From NCBI GenBank assembly GCA_902521655.1, contig CABYSM010000001.1, positions 30,478-94,477 on the forward strand: a DNA stretch of 64,000 nt, in the 5' to 3' direction. Shown one piece after another: positions 1-10,087 of this stretch. Position 1 is the stretch's first letter. Each line of letters begins with the position of its first letter. The translations under genes were made by a program, and so were the position numbers. Below the pieces are notes generated by a model. That model saw only the letters and a list, made by a program, of their open reading frames with translations. It ran no database searches and was not told the DNA's origin. The stretch is from an uncultured Pelagibacteraceae bacterium. Lineage in GTDB: Bacteria > Pseudomonadota > Alphaproteobacteria > Pelagibacterales > AG-422-B15.

Positions 1-1748
1 TCTACAACTTCTACGACTTCTTTTATATATTCGGCTGTTTCTGTGGGAGAGAAATTTCCACGCGCCATAACTTCAACTCGAGCGTTTGTTGCTTTATCGT
101 TCGGAAAGAAAATAACACCATTATTATATTGGCTATAGATGAAAATAACCGACAGAAATGTGAAAATAGTTAAAAGCAAAACTATCAATGGACTTCTTAT
201 TGCTCTTGATACACTTCTTTCATAGACTCTGAGGAAATATCCTTCTTTTCTTTTGTTCTCATCAGACATTTGGGCTGTTTTTCTCTCTATCATTGATCCC
301 ATTGCTGGTAGGAAAATAAGAGAAACCACTAATGATGTTGATAGCACAACAATTACAGTCAATGGAATTACTCTTAGCCATTGACCAAGCATGTCAGGCC
401 AAAATAATAATGGAAAGAAAGCTGCAATTGTTGTTAATGAAGAAGCTACAATTGGCCAAAACATAGTATGAGAGGAATTAATATATGAATCTCTTCGACG
501 AACTCCACGTTCTTGTTCTGAGCGCGCATATTCAGTTATCACAATTGGTCCATCTACTAGTAGTCCAACTGACAAGATGAGACCAAAAACAGTCATTAAA
601 TTATAAGTCAGTCCCATAGAGTCCAGAATTAAGATGGAAAATAAGTATGTAGTTGGAATTGAGAGTCCCACAATAGTGCCACTTCTTATGCCTAGTGCCG
701 CGATGACAATAATCATTACAAGAATGACTGCAGTTATGACTGTATTTTCTGAGGATTCAATTCTTTGCTCAACTTGCTCAGATTCATCGTCTATTATTTG
801 TGTTTTGATATCAGGATGAAATTTTCCATCATTAATTCTAAGTACCTTTTTAACTGAATTATATGTATCAATAATATTGGTCCCAGCTTTTCTTGATATT
901 TGCATGTTTAATGCAGTTTTACCGTTAACAACTACAATATTTTTTTTATCGTCATATGTTCTCCTGATTTCTGAAATATCATCAAGTTTTAATATAAATC
1001 CTTTATCCATTTTAATAGGGAGTTCACCTATTTCCCTATAGTTTTCATAAAGACCAGGAATTTTTATTGAATAGTTAGCATCATCACTGACAAGTGTTCC
1101 AGCGGGTACAATATTATTATATTTTCTTAACGCCCCATAAACATCTGCAACATCAAGTTCATATTTGCGAAGAAGGGATGGATCGAGGGTAACTTTGACA
1201 ATTTCGTCTCTTTTACCAACAATATCTACCTCAGTTACATTATTAATTTTTTCTAGCTGGTCTTTATAAGCATTTGCAGTTTTTTCTAAAATATCATAGG
1301 GAACGTCACCATAAATACCAACATAAATATTTGAAAACATTGATGAATCATATTCTTTTACTTCAATAATTTCCATTTCTGCAGGAAGTTCTTCAGATGC
1401 GTCAGTAATTGTATTTCTTATGAGCTTAGATAAATTTTGAATTTTAGTATTAAGTTCAAAGGCAATCATGAAAGAGGCAATATTATCTTTTGATATTGAA
1501 ACAATTTCATCAATATCCTGAAGCGACATTAATTTTCTCTCAAGTGGTTCGGTTATAAGTTTTTCTATTTCGCTTGATGACATTCCTTTGTATTCAACAA
1601 TCAATGCTACTGTTTTAAGATCAATTTCTGGCATTTCTTCCTTTGGAAAAGTCACATAAGAAAGTACACCAAGCAAAACAATCATTAACAAGATTGTTGA
1701 TATTGTTTTTTTTCTGAAAAGAATAGATGCTAGAATATTACGAAGCAT
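1..1748 (-). CDS. RND efflux permease (AcrB/MdtC-like), second of two tandem pumps; 3' end runs off the window
   Basis: Absent from the ORF track because its stop lies off-window. My minus-strand translation from the ATG at 1748-1746 reads MLRNILASILFRKKTISTILLMIVLLGVLSYVTFPKEEMPEIDL... and stays open to position 1 (582 codons). It carries the RND-type segments FGLILSVGLLVDGPIVITE and MFWPIVASSLTTIAAFFPLLFWP, which parallel the upstream pump. The start overlaps the upstream stop by 11 nt. Confidence 0.85.
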   Translation of the reverse strand, partial: MLRNILASILFRKKTISTILLMIVLLGVLSYVTFPKEEMPEIDLKTVALIVEYKGMSSSEIEKLITEPLERKLMSLQDIDEIVSISKDNIASFMIAFELNTKIQNLSKLIRNTITDASEELPAEMEIIEVKEYDSSMFSNIYVGIYGDVPYDILEKTANAYKDQLEKINNVTEVDIVGKRDEIVKVTLDPSLLRKYELDVADVYGALRKYNNIVPAGTLVSDDANYSIKIPGLYENYREIGELPIKMDKGFILKLDDISEIRRTYDDKKNIVVVNGKTALNMQISRKAGTNIIDTYNSVKKVLRINDGKFHPDIKTQIIDDESEQVEQRIESSENTVITAVILVMIIVIAALGIRSGTIVGLSIPTTYLFSILILDSMGLTYNLMTVFGLILSVGLLVDGPIVITEYARSEQERGVRRRDSYINSSHTMFWPIVASSLTTIAAFFPLLFWPDMLGQWLRVIPLTVIVVLSTSLVVSLIFLPAMGSMIERKTAQMSDENKRKEGYFLRVYERSVSRAIRSPLIVLLLTIFTFLSVIFIYSQYNNGVIFFPNDKATNARVEVMARGNFSPTETAEYIKEVVEVV

Positions 1749-4700
1749 TTTTTGTGGTAAATGAAAAAAGTTTACTATTATTTACATAACTGCGTACGTG
1801 CGAAGGCAAAATAAGCAAGCAAGGTGTGACGATTAATGTCAATATTGCTGAAAAACTCAAACCGTATACAATACATTGTGCAAGCGATGTCCAAAAACCA
1901 CTCACGTTTGAGTCATACTCTATTGTTCTTGCTATTGGATCGATGCTATAATTCAATGCCAAAGGAATTAATCCCAGCATAGTTGTAATTGTAGTAAGAA
2001 AGATAGGCCTTAATCTTTGTGCGCATGCTTTAAGAACATTATTATAGACATCGTCCTTATTTTTGTTACTAACGAAATTGTATGCATCAATTAGAATAAT
2101 ATTATTATTAACAACAATTCCTGCCAATGAAACAATTCCAATACCATGTAATATGGCGGAGAATGCCTGATCAAATACTAGTAGTCCTAAATATACGCCT
2201 GCGGTACTTATTATAACCGCGGTAAGAATTATAAAGCATTGATAGAAACTATTGAATTGGGTTACTAGTAATGCTGCCATTATCAATACAGAAATTATAA
2301 ATGCCTGTACGATAAATTTCATGGAGTCATTTTGCTCTTCATTTTCGCCTCCATAAGCAATGTCAACATTTGGTGGAAATGCTTGATCATCTGCCCAGCT
2401 ACTTAACTTCTCCACAACTTCACCGGTTGAAGTGCCCTCAGTCACGTTTGCTTTAATGTACATAGCATTTCTTGCGTCCCATCTTCTGATAAAACTAACA
2501 TTTTGCTTTGGCTTCTTCGTAAGGAAATTGCTAATAGGAACTTTGCCAACAGATGATTCAATCATTACATTGTCAAGTTGATCAATTGATCTATCGCTTT
2601 CAGGGTACCTTACGTAGATCTCTAATTCTTCATCAATGTCATTTGGCCTATACTTGCCAATCATTATTCCTTCAGTGACCAATTTAATTGCCGTACCAAT
2701 AGTAAAAATATCAACGCCAAATTGTGCAGCTTTTGGTTTATCAATGGTCAGCTCCCAATCTACTAATGGAATAGGTAGAGTATCTTCAATGCTTATTAAC
2801 TCATCAAGATTGTCAATATAGTCTCTTAACGACTTAGTCACTGGAACTAAAATATCACTCGTCGGTCCAGTTATTCTTATTTCTAAATCTTTGCCTACAG
2901 GTGGCCCGCCTGTTTCTTCAATGACTTCATACTTAATGCCGCTAATATTACTAAGTTCATTTCTTAAATCGTCCATTATTTTATGTCCATTTTTCCTTTT
3001 GCCTCGCTCAATGAACTCAAAGTAAGCTGTTGCAATTAAATCTTCAGAAGATCCACCGCCTGAAGGCCCAACACTACTAAATTGCCCAGTCTGTAAAAAA
3101 TAACTTTTGATGCCGTACTGATTTATCATCGCATCTTCCACTTCTTGCGCTAGATCATTTACCTCCTCGACAGATAAGTTTCCTCTTGCGTAGACTTTGA
3201 CAACTCCAAAGTAAGGGTCATTAGAAGTAAAAAATACCATACCTTTACCGAAGTTTGAGTAAGTTGCTATAATGCCAAAAATAACAAAAAATATTAACGA
3301 TAGGGTAATAATGGGTCTTTTAATGACGTAGCTTAATATATTTACATATTTTCCTACATATCCGGTTAGTTCATTGAGATTGATTCCTTGATCAGAACCA
3401 AGGCTACGATAAACATCAGCTGATGCATTTGAAGGCTTGCCAAATACACTTCCTATTACCGGAACAAACATTAAGCTAAAAACCAATGCGATAGACAAGA
3501 CAATAAAGATTGTGAGTGGAAGTACGGACATAAACTGACCAGATACACCGGGCCAGAAGAAAAGTGGGGCAAATACGGCTAGGGTTGTTGCAGATGAAGC
3601 AACGATAGGCCAGAACATTCTTTTTGCTGAATAGACATATGCCTCCTGCTTACTAAATCCTTCAAGCATTTTTCTATCAGCTAACTCAACCACTACAAGA
3701 GAGCCATCAATAAGCATTCCTAATGCAACTAATATGCCAAACATGACCATGAAGTTATAATTATAGCCCAGTGCGTACATAACGAATATTGTAATTAAGA
3801 TTGAAACTGGAATACCTGAACCAACTATTAAAGAGGATCTGATTCCAAGGGCAATCATAGTGACTAGTAAAACTACTACTGTAGCTAAAATAATATTACC
3901 TTGAAGCGAGTCGACGTTATCTGAAATATAACTTCGAGTATCCATGACATAATTAAAACTTACATCTGAGGAAACTTTAGATTTATATTTATCAACAATT
4001 CTCTCAACCTCATCTATAGTCTCAATAACATTTTCACCTCTAGCTTTTTTAATAAGAAGAGAAACGCCAATTTCGCCATTAACTTTAGTATAGTTTTCTC
4101 TATCTCTAAAATTTCTCTTTAATTCAGAAATATCAGATAATAATACGGAGCTGTTATCCGTCGATCTTATTGGCAGTTCATAAACATCTCTTGCAGTTTC
4201 AAATAAACCTGGAACATTTACAGAGAATTGACCCTGAGCAGTTTTAATTTCACCTGCTGTTACTACTTGATTATTATTTGCAACTGAGCTTATTATTTCC
4301 ATGAAGGACATATTATAACTCTCAAGCTGAGTTCTATTAATTACAGCTTCAAGTTGTTCTTTTCTTCCACCAACCATTTCTGCTTCAAATATTGCAGGAA
4401 TTAGCTCAACATCTTTTTTTATTTCACGAGCAAGGTCCAATATAAATCTCTCTGAGGCTGATTTTGAGCTTATTGAAAGTATAATTGTTGGATCTTCAGT
4501 AACTGATACTTCCCTCACCATCGGATCGTTCGCTTCGTCAGGGAACTTAACTTTTGCGTCATTAACAGCATCTCTAACCTTGTCTAGAGATTTCTTCATA
4601 GTTTCAGCAGCGTCAAATTTGACAATAACGGCAGCAAAATTTTCAAGAGCAAAGCCTTGAAGTTCATCAATGCCTTCGATACTTCTCACCTCATCTTCTA

Positions 4701-4893
4701 TTGGTTTAAGCAGAAGTCTCTCAGCATCTTCTGGTGATATGCCAGGAAGTGAAACGCCTACATAAACTACTGGTATTGTAATTTCTGGTCTGTTCTCAAT
4801 TGGAATATTCATTCTTCCAATAATCCCAGCAAAAATAAGCACTAATAGAAGCGCAAGAGCTGTTCTTTTTCTATCAACTAAGAAATCTACCAC
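1738..4893 (-). CDS. RND efflux permease (AcrB/MdtB-like), first of two tandem pumps
   Basis: 1051-aa ORF with large periplasmic loops and a multi-TM layout. Segments MVMFGILVALGMLIDGSLVVVE and MFWPIVASSATTLAVFAPLFFWPG are typical of the AcrB family. The GTG start lies 5 nt after the adaptor gene stop. Confidence 0.9.
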   Translation of the reverse strand: MVDFLVDRKRTALALLLVLIFAGIIGRMNIPIENRPEITIPVVYVGVSLPGISPEDAERLLLKPIEDEVRSIEGIDELQGFALENFAAVIVKFDAAETMKKSLDKVRDAVNDAKVKFPDEANDPMVREVSVTEDPTIILSISSKSASERFILDLAREIKKDVELIPAIFEAEMVGGRKEQLEAVINRTQLESYNMSFMEIISSVANNNQVVTAGEIKTAQGQFSVNVPGLFETARDVYELPIRSTDNSSVLLSDISELKRNFRDRENYTKVNGEIGVSLLIKKARGENVIETIDEVERIVDKYKSKVSSDVSFNYVMDTRSYISDNVDSLQGNIILATVVVLLVTMIALGIRSSLIVGSGIPVSILITIFVMYALGYNYNFMVMFGILVALGMLIDGSLVVVELADRKMLEGFSKQEAYVYSAKRMFWPIVASSATTLAVFAPLFFWPGVSGQFMSVLPLTIFIVLSIALVFSLMFVPVIGSVFGKPSNASADVYRSLGSDQGINLNELTGYVGKYVNILSYVIKRPIITLSLIFFVIFGIIATYSNFGKGMVFFTSNDPYFGVVKVYARGNLSVEEVNDLAQEVEDAMINQYGIKSYFLQTGQFSSVGPSGGGSSEDLIATAYFEFIERGKRKNGHKIMDDLRNELSNISGIKYEVIEETGGPPVGKDLEIRITGPTSDILVPVTKSLRDYIDNLDELISIEDTLPIPLVDWELTIDKPKAAQFGVDIFTIGTAIKLVTEGIMIGKYRPNDIDEELEIYVRYPESDRSIDQLDNVMIESSVGKVPISNFLTKKPKQNVSFIRRWDARNAMYIKANVTEGTSTGEVVEKLSSWADDQAFPPNVDIAYGGENEEQNDSMKFIVQAFIISVLIMAALLVTQFNSFYQCFIILTAVIISTAGVYLGLLVFDQAFSAILHGIGIVSLAGIVVNNNIILIDAYNFVSNKNKDDVYNNVLKACAQRLRPIFLTTITTMLGLIPLALNYSIDPIARTIEYDSNVSGFWTSLAQCIVYGLSFSAILTLIVTPCLLILPSHVRSYVNNSKLFSFTTKNAS

Positions 4894-4898
4894 TTAAA

Positions 4899-5969
4899 CT
4901 AAATCTCACTCAATTGAACGTTAACATTTTGGCCGTTTATTACATATTCTTGACCTACAGTTATAATAGTCACTTCATCCGGCAATCCTGATACCCATAA
5001 GCCATCAAGCCCATCTTCTATGATTTGAATAAGAAGAAATTTAACTATTTCATTTTCAACTATTTTTATTCCCAATTCGCCTTCATCATTCAGTGATAGT
5101 AAATAAGATGGTATTAGGTGGGCTTTAACTTTATTCAATGGTACCCTCATCTCTGCAGTAAGTCCTTCAAGAATATTTCCATCTTTATTTAGTACTGTTG
5201 CTTCTACCTTGTATGTACGTGTGCTTGGATTAGCACTTTTGCTAATGAAGTTAATTTTCCCTTCAATAGTCTCTCCATTCAACATCTTGACGCTTACTTT
5301 TTGATCAATTGACAGTTGTGCAACATTCTTTTCTGTAACTTCACCTGTTACTTTCATCGGATCAAGTTGCATTATTTTTGCACATGGAGTTGCAGGAGTA
5401 ATTAAATCACCGACTTCAACAAAAACATCTTCAACATATCCATCAAATGGAGCAACAACTCTAATGTTATCAAGTTCATTTTGCGCCATCTCAACTCGCG
5501 CTATAGCAGATTTCAGAGCAGCCTCAGCTGTGGCTAGAGCATTTTCTGATCTGTAACCCTCATTTGCAAGTGTTTGGATTGCGTCAAATTGTAATTGAGC
5601 TTTATTTTTGTTTGCGTTTGCTTCATTTAATCCAGCTAGTCTGTTTTCTTTATCGAGTAAACAAATGAGCTCACCTGCTGTCACGTTTTGTCCTGGATTT
5701 ATTACCATTGAAATATTAGAGGACGTTTTTGGCTTAATCATAACAACTTTATCTGCCTCAGTTCTTCCACGTACTGTGAGATAATATGTTTTATCTTGGG
5801 ATGAAAATTCACTGGCCCTGACAGTGATCTTCTCAACTGTTTCACTATTCGCTATTATTTCAGATGAGCTAGTTTCGTCTGAAGAAAACAAGCCCGAAAC
5901 TATCCACGCAAAAACAAGAATAAATATTACAATTGCTGAGACGATATTGATAGGGATTTTTTTAAACAT
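4899..5969 (-). CDS. RND efflux periplasmic adaptor (membrane fusion protein, AcrA/HlyD family)
   Basis: 356 aa with an N-terminal TM anchor, a coiled-coil hairpin (NEANANKNKAQLQFDAIQ...AEAALKSAIARVEMAQNELDN) and beta-rich lipoyl/barrel segments. It sits immediately upstream of the RND permeases. Confidence 0.8.
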   Translation of the reverse strand: MFKKIPINIVSAIVIFILVFAWIVSGLFSSDETSSSEIIANSETVEKITVRASEFSSQDKTYYLTVRGRTEADKVVMIKPKTSSNISMVINPGQNVTAGELICLLDKENRLAGLNEANANKNKAQLQFDAIQTLANEGYRSENALATAEAALKSAIARVEMAQNELDNIRVVAPFDGYVEDVFVEVGDLITPATPCAKIMQLDPMKVTGEVTEKNVAQLSIDQKVSVKMLNGETIEGKINFISKSANPSTRTYKVEATVLNKDGNILEGLTAEMRVPLNKVKAHLIPSYLLSLNDEGELGIKIVENEIVKFLLIQIIEDGLDGLWVSGLPDEVTIITVGQEYVINGQNVNVQLSEI

Positions 5970-5970
5970 A

Positions 5971-6519
5971 CTAATTCAGCTTTCCTCTATTTTTTTCCAT
6001 ATAATTTAAACCACTTTCAATTAGGGCTGTTGCCAGACCTCTAATAAAGGCAACAGATTTTTCATTTCTAAGAGCCTGAAGATCTGATGGAACTGGACCG
6101 TCATATTTAAATTGTTCCAGTTTCTGCCTTAGAAATAAAACTCTTTCATTTAATACTGTGTCTAAAGTTTCTTTAGGCAGATATCTTGCAAATAATAAAA
6201 GTAAAAAGAATTCTGATTTGATTTGATCACCAAAATTGCCTGAACGTATATAGGCTGAGGCATCTCCTAATAAATTATCCTTCATTAAGTCCTTTCCTTT
6301 TTTAGTGATTGTATAAACTTTTTTATCTGGCTTTTTGCTTTGAGATAATTGCTTACATGAAACATATTTTTCATCCTGGAGTTTATTTAAAGTTGGATAA
6401 ATAGTTCCAAAGCTTAAGCTGTAAAAATCTGATAAAGGGCCTTCAAACATTTGTTTAATTTCATAACCTGATCTTGGGCCCAAAGAAAGTAAGCCTAAAC
6501 ATAAAGTATCTTTTTGCAT
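5971..6519 (-). CDS. PadR-family transcriptional regulator
   Basis: 182 aa. The N-terminal winged helix matches the PadR pattern (LGPRSGYEIKQMF...FGTIYPTLNKLQDEKYV...KKVYTITKKGKD). One-nt gaps separate it from both flanking genes. Confidence 0.8.
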   Translation of the reverse strand: MQKDTLCLGLLSLGPRSGYEIKQMFEGPLSDFYSLSFGTIYPTLNKLQDEKYVSCKQLSQSKKPDKKVYTITKKGKDLMKDNLLGDASAYIRSGNFGDQIKSEFFLLLLFARYLPKETLDTVLNERVLFLRQKLEQFKYDGPVPSDLQALRNEKSVAFIRGLATALIESGLNYMEKNRGKLN

Positions 6520-6520
6520 A

Positions 6521-7822
6521 TTAATTAACCTCTAAATTTTCAAAATTAAGTAATCCTGCTAAATACATAATTTGAGTTTTAACTATTTCCCTATCTTTCT
6601 GCTTGTTAAAATAATTAATCTCTGAGTTAAGCAGTGCTTGCCTTGCAATTAAAACATCAAGAACACTTCTTTCACCAACTTCTTGCTCAATCACAGTACC
6701 TTTATATGCAGTTTGATTGGCATTATACGTTAGCTCAGCAGCTTTTATCGTTTGTTCTGAAATTTTATATTTGTCCCAGATATTTTCTGAGAGAATAACG
6801 GTTTCATTTTGCGTTTTCAGTAAAAGTATTAACTGCGTATTTTTAACTTCTTTTGCCTTGCGGACATTAGATAGCGATTTTCCAGCTGTAAAGATTGGCC
6901 AATTAAGAGTGGCTTTAATTTCTTCATTTGTGAGCTCATCTATCTCTGCTGAAAATTCATCTAATTCAGATTTAGTAGCAGTAAGACTTAGTTGAGGATA
7001 ATATGCTGAGCGTGCTACTCCTACATTAGCATTCATTATTTTTAAATTTACTTCCGCCATCCTTATTGAGTAATTATTAGCGATTAATATTTCTTTAAAT
7101 TCACTAAATGAGCTTGGTATGTCAGCATTAATTTCTGAAAATATTAAATTTTTTGCATCAACACCAACTAAGTCAAAGAATGAATTTTTTAAATTTTTAA
7201 GAATTATTTCAGAATCTAATAAATCAATCTTTGCATTATTTAAGAAAGCTTCGGCCTGAGCAACATCAGTTTTGGAGGCGAGGCCAACTTCGTATTCTTT
7301 GATTGTTGCATTTGATCTTTCGGCAACAGACTCAAGATTGTCCTTGTACGACTTAACTGATTTTTCAGCAATAAGGACATTATAGTAGGCTTCAATCGTC
7401 TCTAAAATTATGTCCTGAGTAACTTTCTTCTCATTAAGTCTTTTCAGATTTAGAGATTCTTTTGTCGAAATTGAATTGTAAAAGCGACTAAAACCACTGA
7501 ATAAGTTTTGAGATAAGATTATTGATTTACTGCTTGGAGTTAATTCGTAATCACTCCCAGTAATTCCTGATTGAGTTTTAAGGCTTGAGTATTCATTTTC
7601 TGATATATTGGCGTTAAGACTAATTGAAGGTAAGTAATTTGATTTTGATTGAAAATAATCTTCTTCAGCAATATCTACTGAGTTAGCTTCCATTTTAAGC
7701 AGCAGGTTATTTGCCAAAGATTCACTAATTGCATCATTTAGACTCAATGCCCCAGCACTACTCGTTGATAATAAAGTCATTATGATCGCAAAATATTTAA
7801 AAAATCTCATATAAAAATCCAT
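6521..7822 (-). CDS. TolC-family outer-membrane efflux protein
   Basis: 433 aa with a signal peptide (FAIIMTLLSTSSAGA) and the two-repeat, coiled-coil-rich OEP architecture; LSLNDAISESLANN is a typical TolC N-terminus. An alternative start exists at 7810 (MRFFKY). Confidence 0.8.
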   Translation of the reverse strand: MDFYMRFFKYFAIIMTLLSTSSAGALSLNDAISESLANNLLLKMEANSVDIAEEDYFQSKSNYLPSISLNANISENEYSSLKTQSGITGSDYELTPSSKSIILSQNLFSGFSRFYNSISTKESLNLKRLNEKKVTQDIILETIEAYYNVLIAEKSVKSYKDNLESVAERSNATIKEYEVGLASKTDVAQAEAFLNNAKIDLLDSEIILKNLKNSFFDLVGVDAKNLIFSEINADIPSSFSEFKEILIANNYSIRMAEVNLKIMNANVGVARSAYYPQLSLTATKSELDEFSAEIDELTNEEIKATLNWPIFTAGKSLSNVRKAKEVKNTQLILLLKTQNETVILSENIWDKYKISEQTIKAAELTYNANQTAYKGTVIEQEVGERSVLDVLIARQALLNSEINYFNKQKDREIVKTQIMYLAGLLNFENLEVN

Positions 7823-7837
7823 TATAAAAAGGGTATC

Positions 7838-7884
7838 TATATCAGGTTGATATATATAATCAATACCTATATCAAAGTGATATA
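7838..7884. promoter_or_regulatory. Two perfect 17-bp palindromes, TATATCA-N3-TGATATA, centres 30 bp apart; candidate operator pair (PadR?)
   Basis: Read directly from the sequence: 7838-7854 is TATATCAGGTTGATATA and 7868-7884 is TATATCAAAGTGATATA. Both lie in the 109-nt spacer between the efflux operon and rlmE. Confidence 0.5.
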
Positions 7885-7906
7885 TTGGTAATTAGCTATA
7901 TTTCAA
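7879..7906 (-). promoter_or_regulatory. Candidate sigma70-type promoter for the efflux operon (-35 TTGAAA, 16-nt spacer, -10 TATATC)
   Basis: The minus strand reads TTGAAA (7906-7901), then 16 nt, then TATATC (7884-7879). The -10 falls inside palindrome 2. AT-rich DNA produces many such matches by chance. Confidence 0.25.
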
Positions 7907-7949
7907 GTAGTATGTATTTATTGTTAAATAATTGAAAAATAACAATTTT

Positions 7950-8573
7950 ATGAAAATAAAGAATAAATCATTCAAAGATAAAAATAAGAAATGGCTTAAA
8001 AGGCATGTAAATGATGAATTTGTGCAGAAGTCTATTAGTGATAACTATAGATCCAGGGCTGCTTACAAGTTAGTTGAAATTATTGAAAAATATAAAATTT
8101 TAAATGAGGCTGAAAATGTAATTGATCTTGGTTCAGCGCCTGGAAGTTGGTGCCAAGTACTTAAAAATTATGGGAAAAGCCTAAATTCAATAGTTGCTGT
8201 AGATATCCTGGAAATGGAAGAAATTAAAGGCGTTACTTTTTATAGATCAGACTTTTTATCTCCCGAATTCGAAAAAATCTCTAAAACTATAGGTGAATTT
8301 GATCTAGTGCTTTCTGATATCTCGCCCAACTTGTCAGGCAATAAAGTGTCTGATTTTCTTCTTTCCAAGGATTTAGTTGAGAATGCATTAAGTTATTCAC
8401 TTCAGAATCTTAATACTAATGGCCATTTTGTGGCTAAGTATTTCAGATCAGGTGATATTTCAGACGTACTCACTATATGTAAAAGGAATTTTCATAAAGT
8501 TACTTCATTTAAGCCAAAATCAAGTAGGAAAAATTCAAGTGAGATTTATTTAGTTTGCCTTAGAAAAAAATAA
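7950..8573 (+). CDS. rlmE: 23S rRNA U2552 ribose 2'-O-methyltransferase RlmE/FtsJ
   Basis: WLKRHVNDEFVQKS...YRSRAAYKLVEI...VIDLGSAPGSWCQV (SAM-binding) matches the FtsJ family. The track ORF begins at a TTG at 7932; the ATG at 7950 is more likely. Confidence 0.85.
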   Translation: MKIKNKSFKDKNKKWLKRHVNDEFVQKSISDNYRSRAAYKLVEIIEKYKILNEAENVIDLGSAPGSWCQVLKNYGKSLNSIVAVDILEMEEIKGVTFYRSDFLSPEFEKISKTIGEFDLVLSDISPNLSGNKVSDFLLSKDLVENALSYSLQNLNTNGHFVAKYFRSGDISDVLTICKRNFHKVTSFKPKSSRKNSSEIYLVCLRKK

Positions 8574-8616
8574 CACCTTGATTGACATAATTTGTTAAAT
8601 AATTTAATCATCAGAG

Positions 8617-10083
8617 ATGGAGCGCTCCACTATTCAGAAATCCCTTTCATTTGATGATGTTTTAATAAAGCCTGCGCGCTCATCTATTCTGCCAACTGAG
8701 GTCCAATCTCATACATCTATAACCTCAAATATTAAACTTGGTATACCATTAATCTCCTCGGCAATGGACACTGTCACAGAATATAAGTTAGCTATCGCTA
8801 TTGCTCAATCTGGTGGGCTAGGGATACTCCATAAAAATATGCCTATAGACGATCAAGCACAAAATGTTGCAAAAGTAAAAAAGTTTGAAACTGGCATGGT
8901 AATTGATCCTGTAACCATAGCACCTGAAGCCACTCTATCAGATGCTTTAGATCTAATGAAAGAGCATCAGATTTCTGGTGTCCCTGTAGTAGATAGTAAC
9001 GATAAATTGCTTGGTATTTTAACGAATAGGGATGTGCGTTTCGCAACTAATATATCTCAAAAAATTAGTGAGTTAATGACAAGTGAAAATTTGATTACTG
9101 TAAAAGAGGGAATCTCTAGTGATGATGCCCAAAAACTCCTACATGCCCATAGAATTGAAAAACTAATCGTTGTTGACGATAATAGAAAGTGCATTGGCTT
9201 AATCACAGTGAAAGATATCGAAAAAAGTCAATTGAACCCTCACGCTTCTAAGGATGCCAAAGGTAGGCTGTTAGTAGGTTCTGCAATAGGCGTTGGAATA
9301 GAAGCAATTAATAGGGCTGAGCGTTTAGTTGATGCTGGTGTAGATATGTTAGTAATAGATACTGCCCATGGCCACTCAGAAAAGGTCATTTCTACTCTTG
9401 AGGAAATTAAATCTCATTTTTCTATTGATGTAGTTGTTGGCAATGTAGCTACAAAAGAAGCTACAGCAGAATTAATTGATAAAGGCGCAGATTGTATAAA
9501 AGTTGGCATAGGTCCAGGGTCAATTTGCACTACTCGGGTGGTTGCTGGAATAGGGGTCCCTCAATTCTCAGCAATTTTGGATTGTGCTGAAATTGCAAAC
9601 AAAAAAAATATTCCGGTTATTGCTGATGGAGGTATAAAATATTCTGGAGATATTGCAAAAGCGCTTGGCGCAGGAGCTAACGCAGTTATGATAGGATCAT
9701 TATTTGCAGGAACTGACGAGTCACCAGGCGAAGTCTACTTATTTAAAGGTAGAAGTTATAAATCATATCGTGGAATGGGTTCCTTGGGCGCAATGGCGCG
9801 AGGGTCTGCAGATAGATATTTCCAAGAGGAAATTACAGAAAGTAATAAACATGTACCTGAAGGAATTGAAGGAAGAGTGCCTTACAAAGGTCCAATAGCA
9901 CCAATAATATACCAGCTTGTTGGCGGCCTGAAAGCATCAATGGGCTACACAGGCTCAAAAGATATAATGCAATTTAAAAAGAATGTTCAGTTTATTGAAA
10001 TCACAGGAGCAGGATTAAAAGAGAGTCATGTGCATGATGTTGATATTACTCGTGAGTCACCAAATTATCCAACCAACATTTAA
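8617..10083 (+). CDS. guaB: IMP dehydrogenase
   Basis: 488 aa with the catalytic loop [12 protein letters not shown], a tandem CBS insert, and [13 protein letters not shown] plus YRGMGS motifs. Confidence 0.97.
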   Translation: MERSTIQKSLSFDDVLIKPARSSILPTEVQSHTSITSNIKLGIPLISSAMDTVTEYKLAIAIAQSGGLGILHKNMPIDDQAQNVAKVKKFETGMVIDPVTIAPEATLSDALDLMKEHQISGVPVVDSNDKLLGILTNRDVRFATNISQKISELMTSENLITVKEGISSDDAQKLLHAHRIEKLIVVDDNRKCIGLITVKDIEKSQLNPHASKDAKGRLLVGSAIGVGIEAINRAERLVDAGVDMLVIDTAHGHSEKVISTLEEIKSHFSIDVVVGNVATKEATAELIDKGADCIKVGIGPGSICTTRVVAGIGVPQFSAILDCAEIANKKNIPVIADGGIKYSGDIAKALGAGANAVMIGSLFAGTDESPGEVYLFKGRSYKSYRGMGSLGAMARGSADRYFQEEITESNKHVPEGIEGRVPYKGPIAPIIYQLVGGLKASMGYTGSKDIMQFKKNVQFIEITGAGLKESHVHDVDITRESPNYPTNI

Positions 10084-10087
10084 GTTG

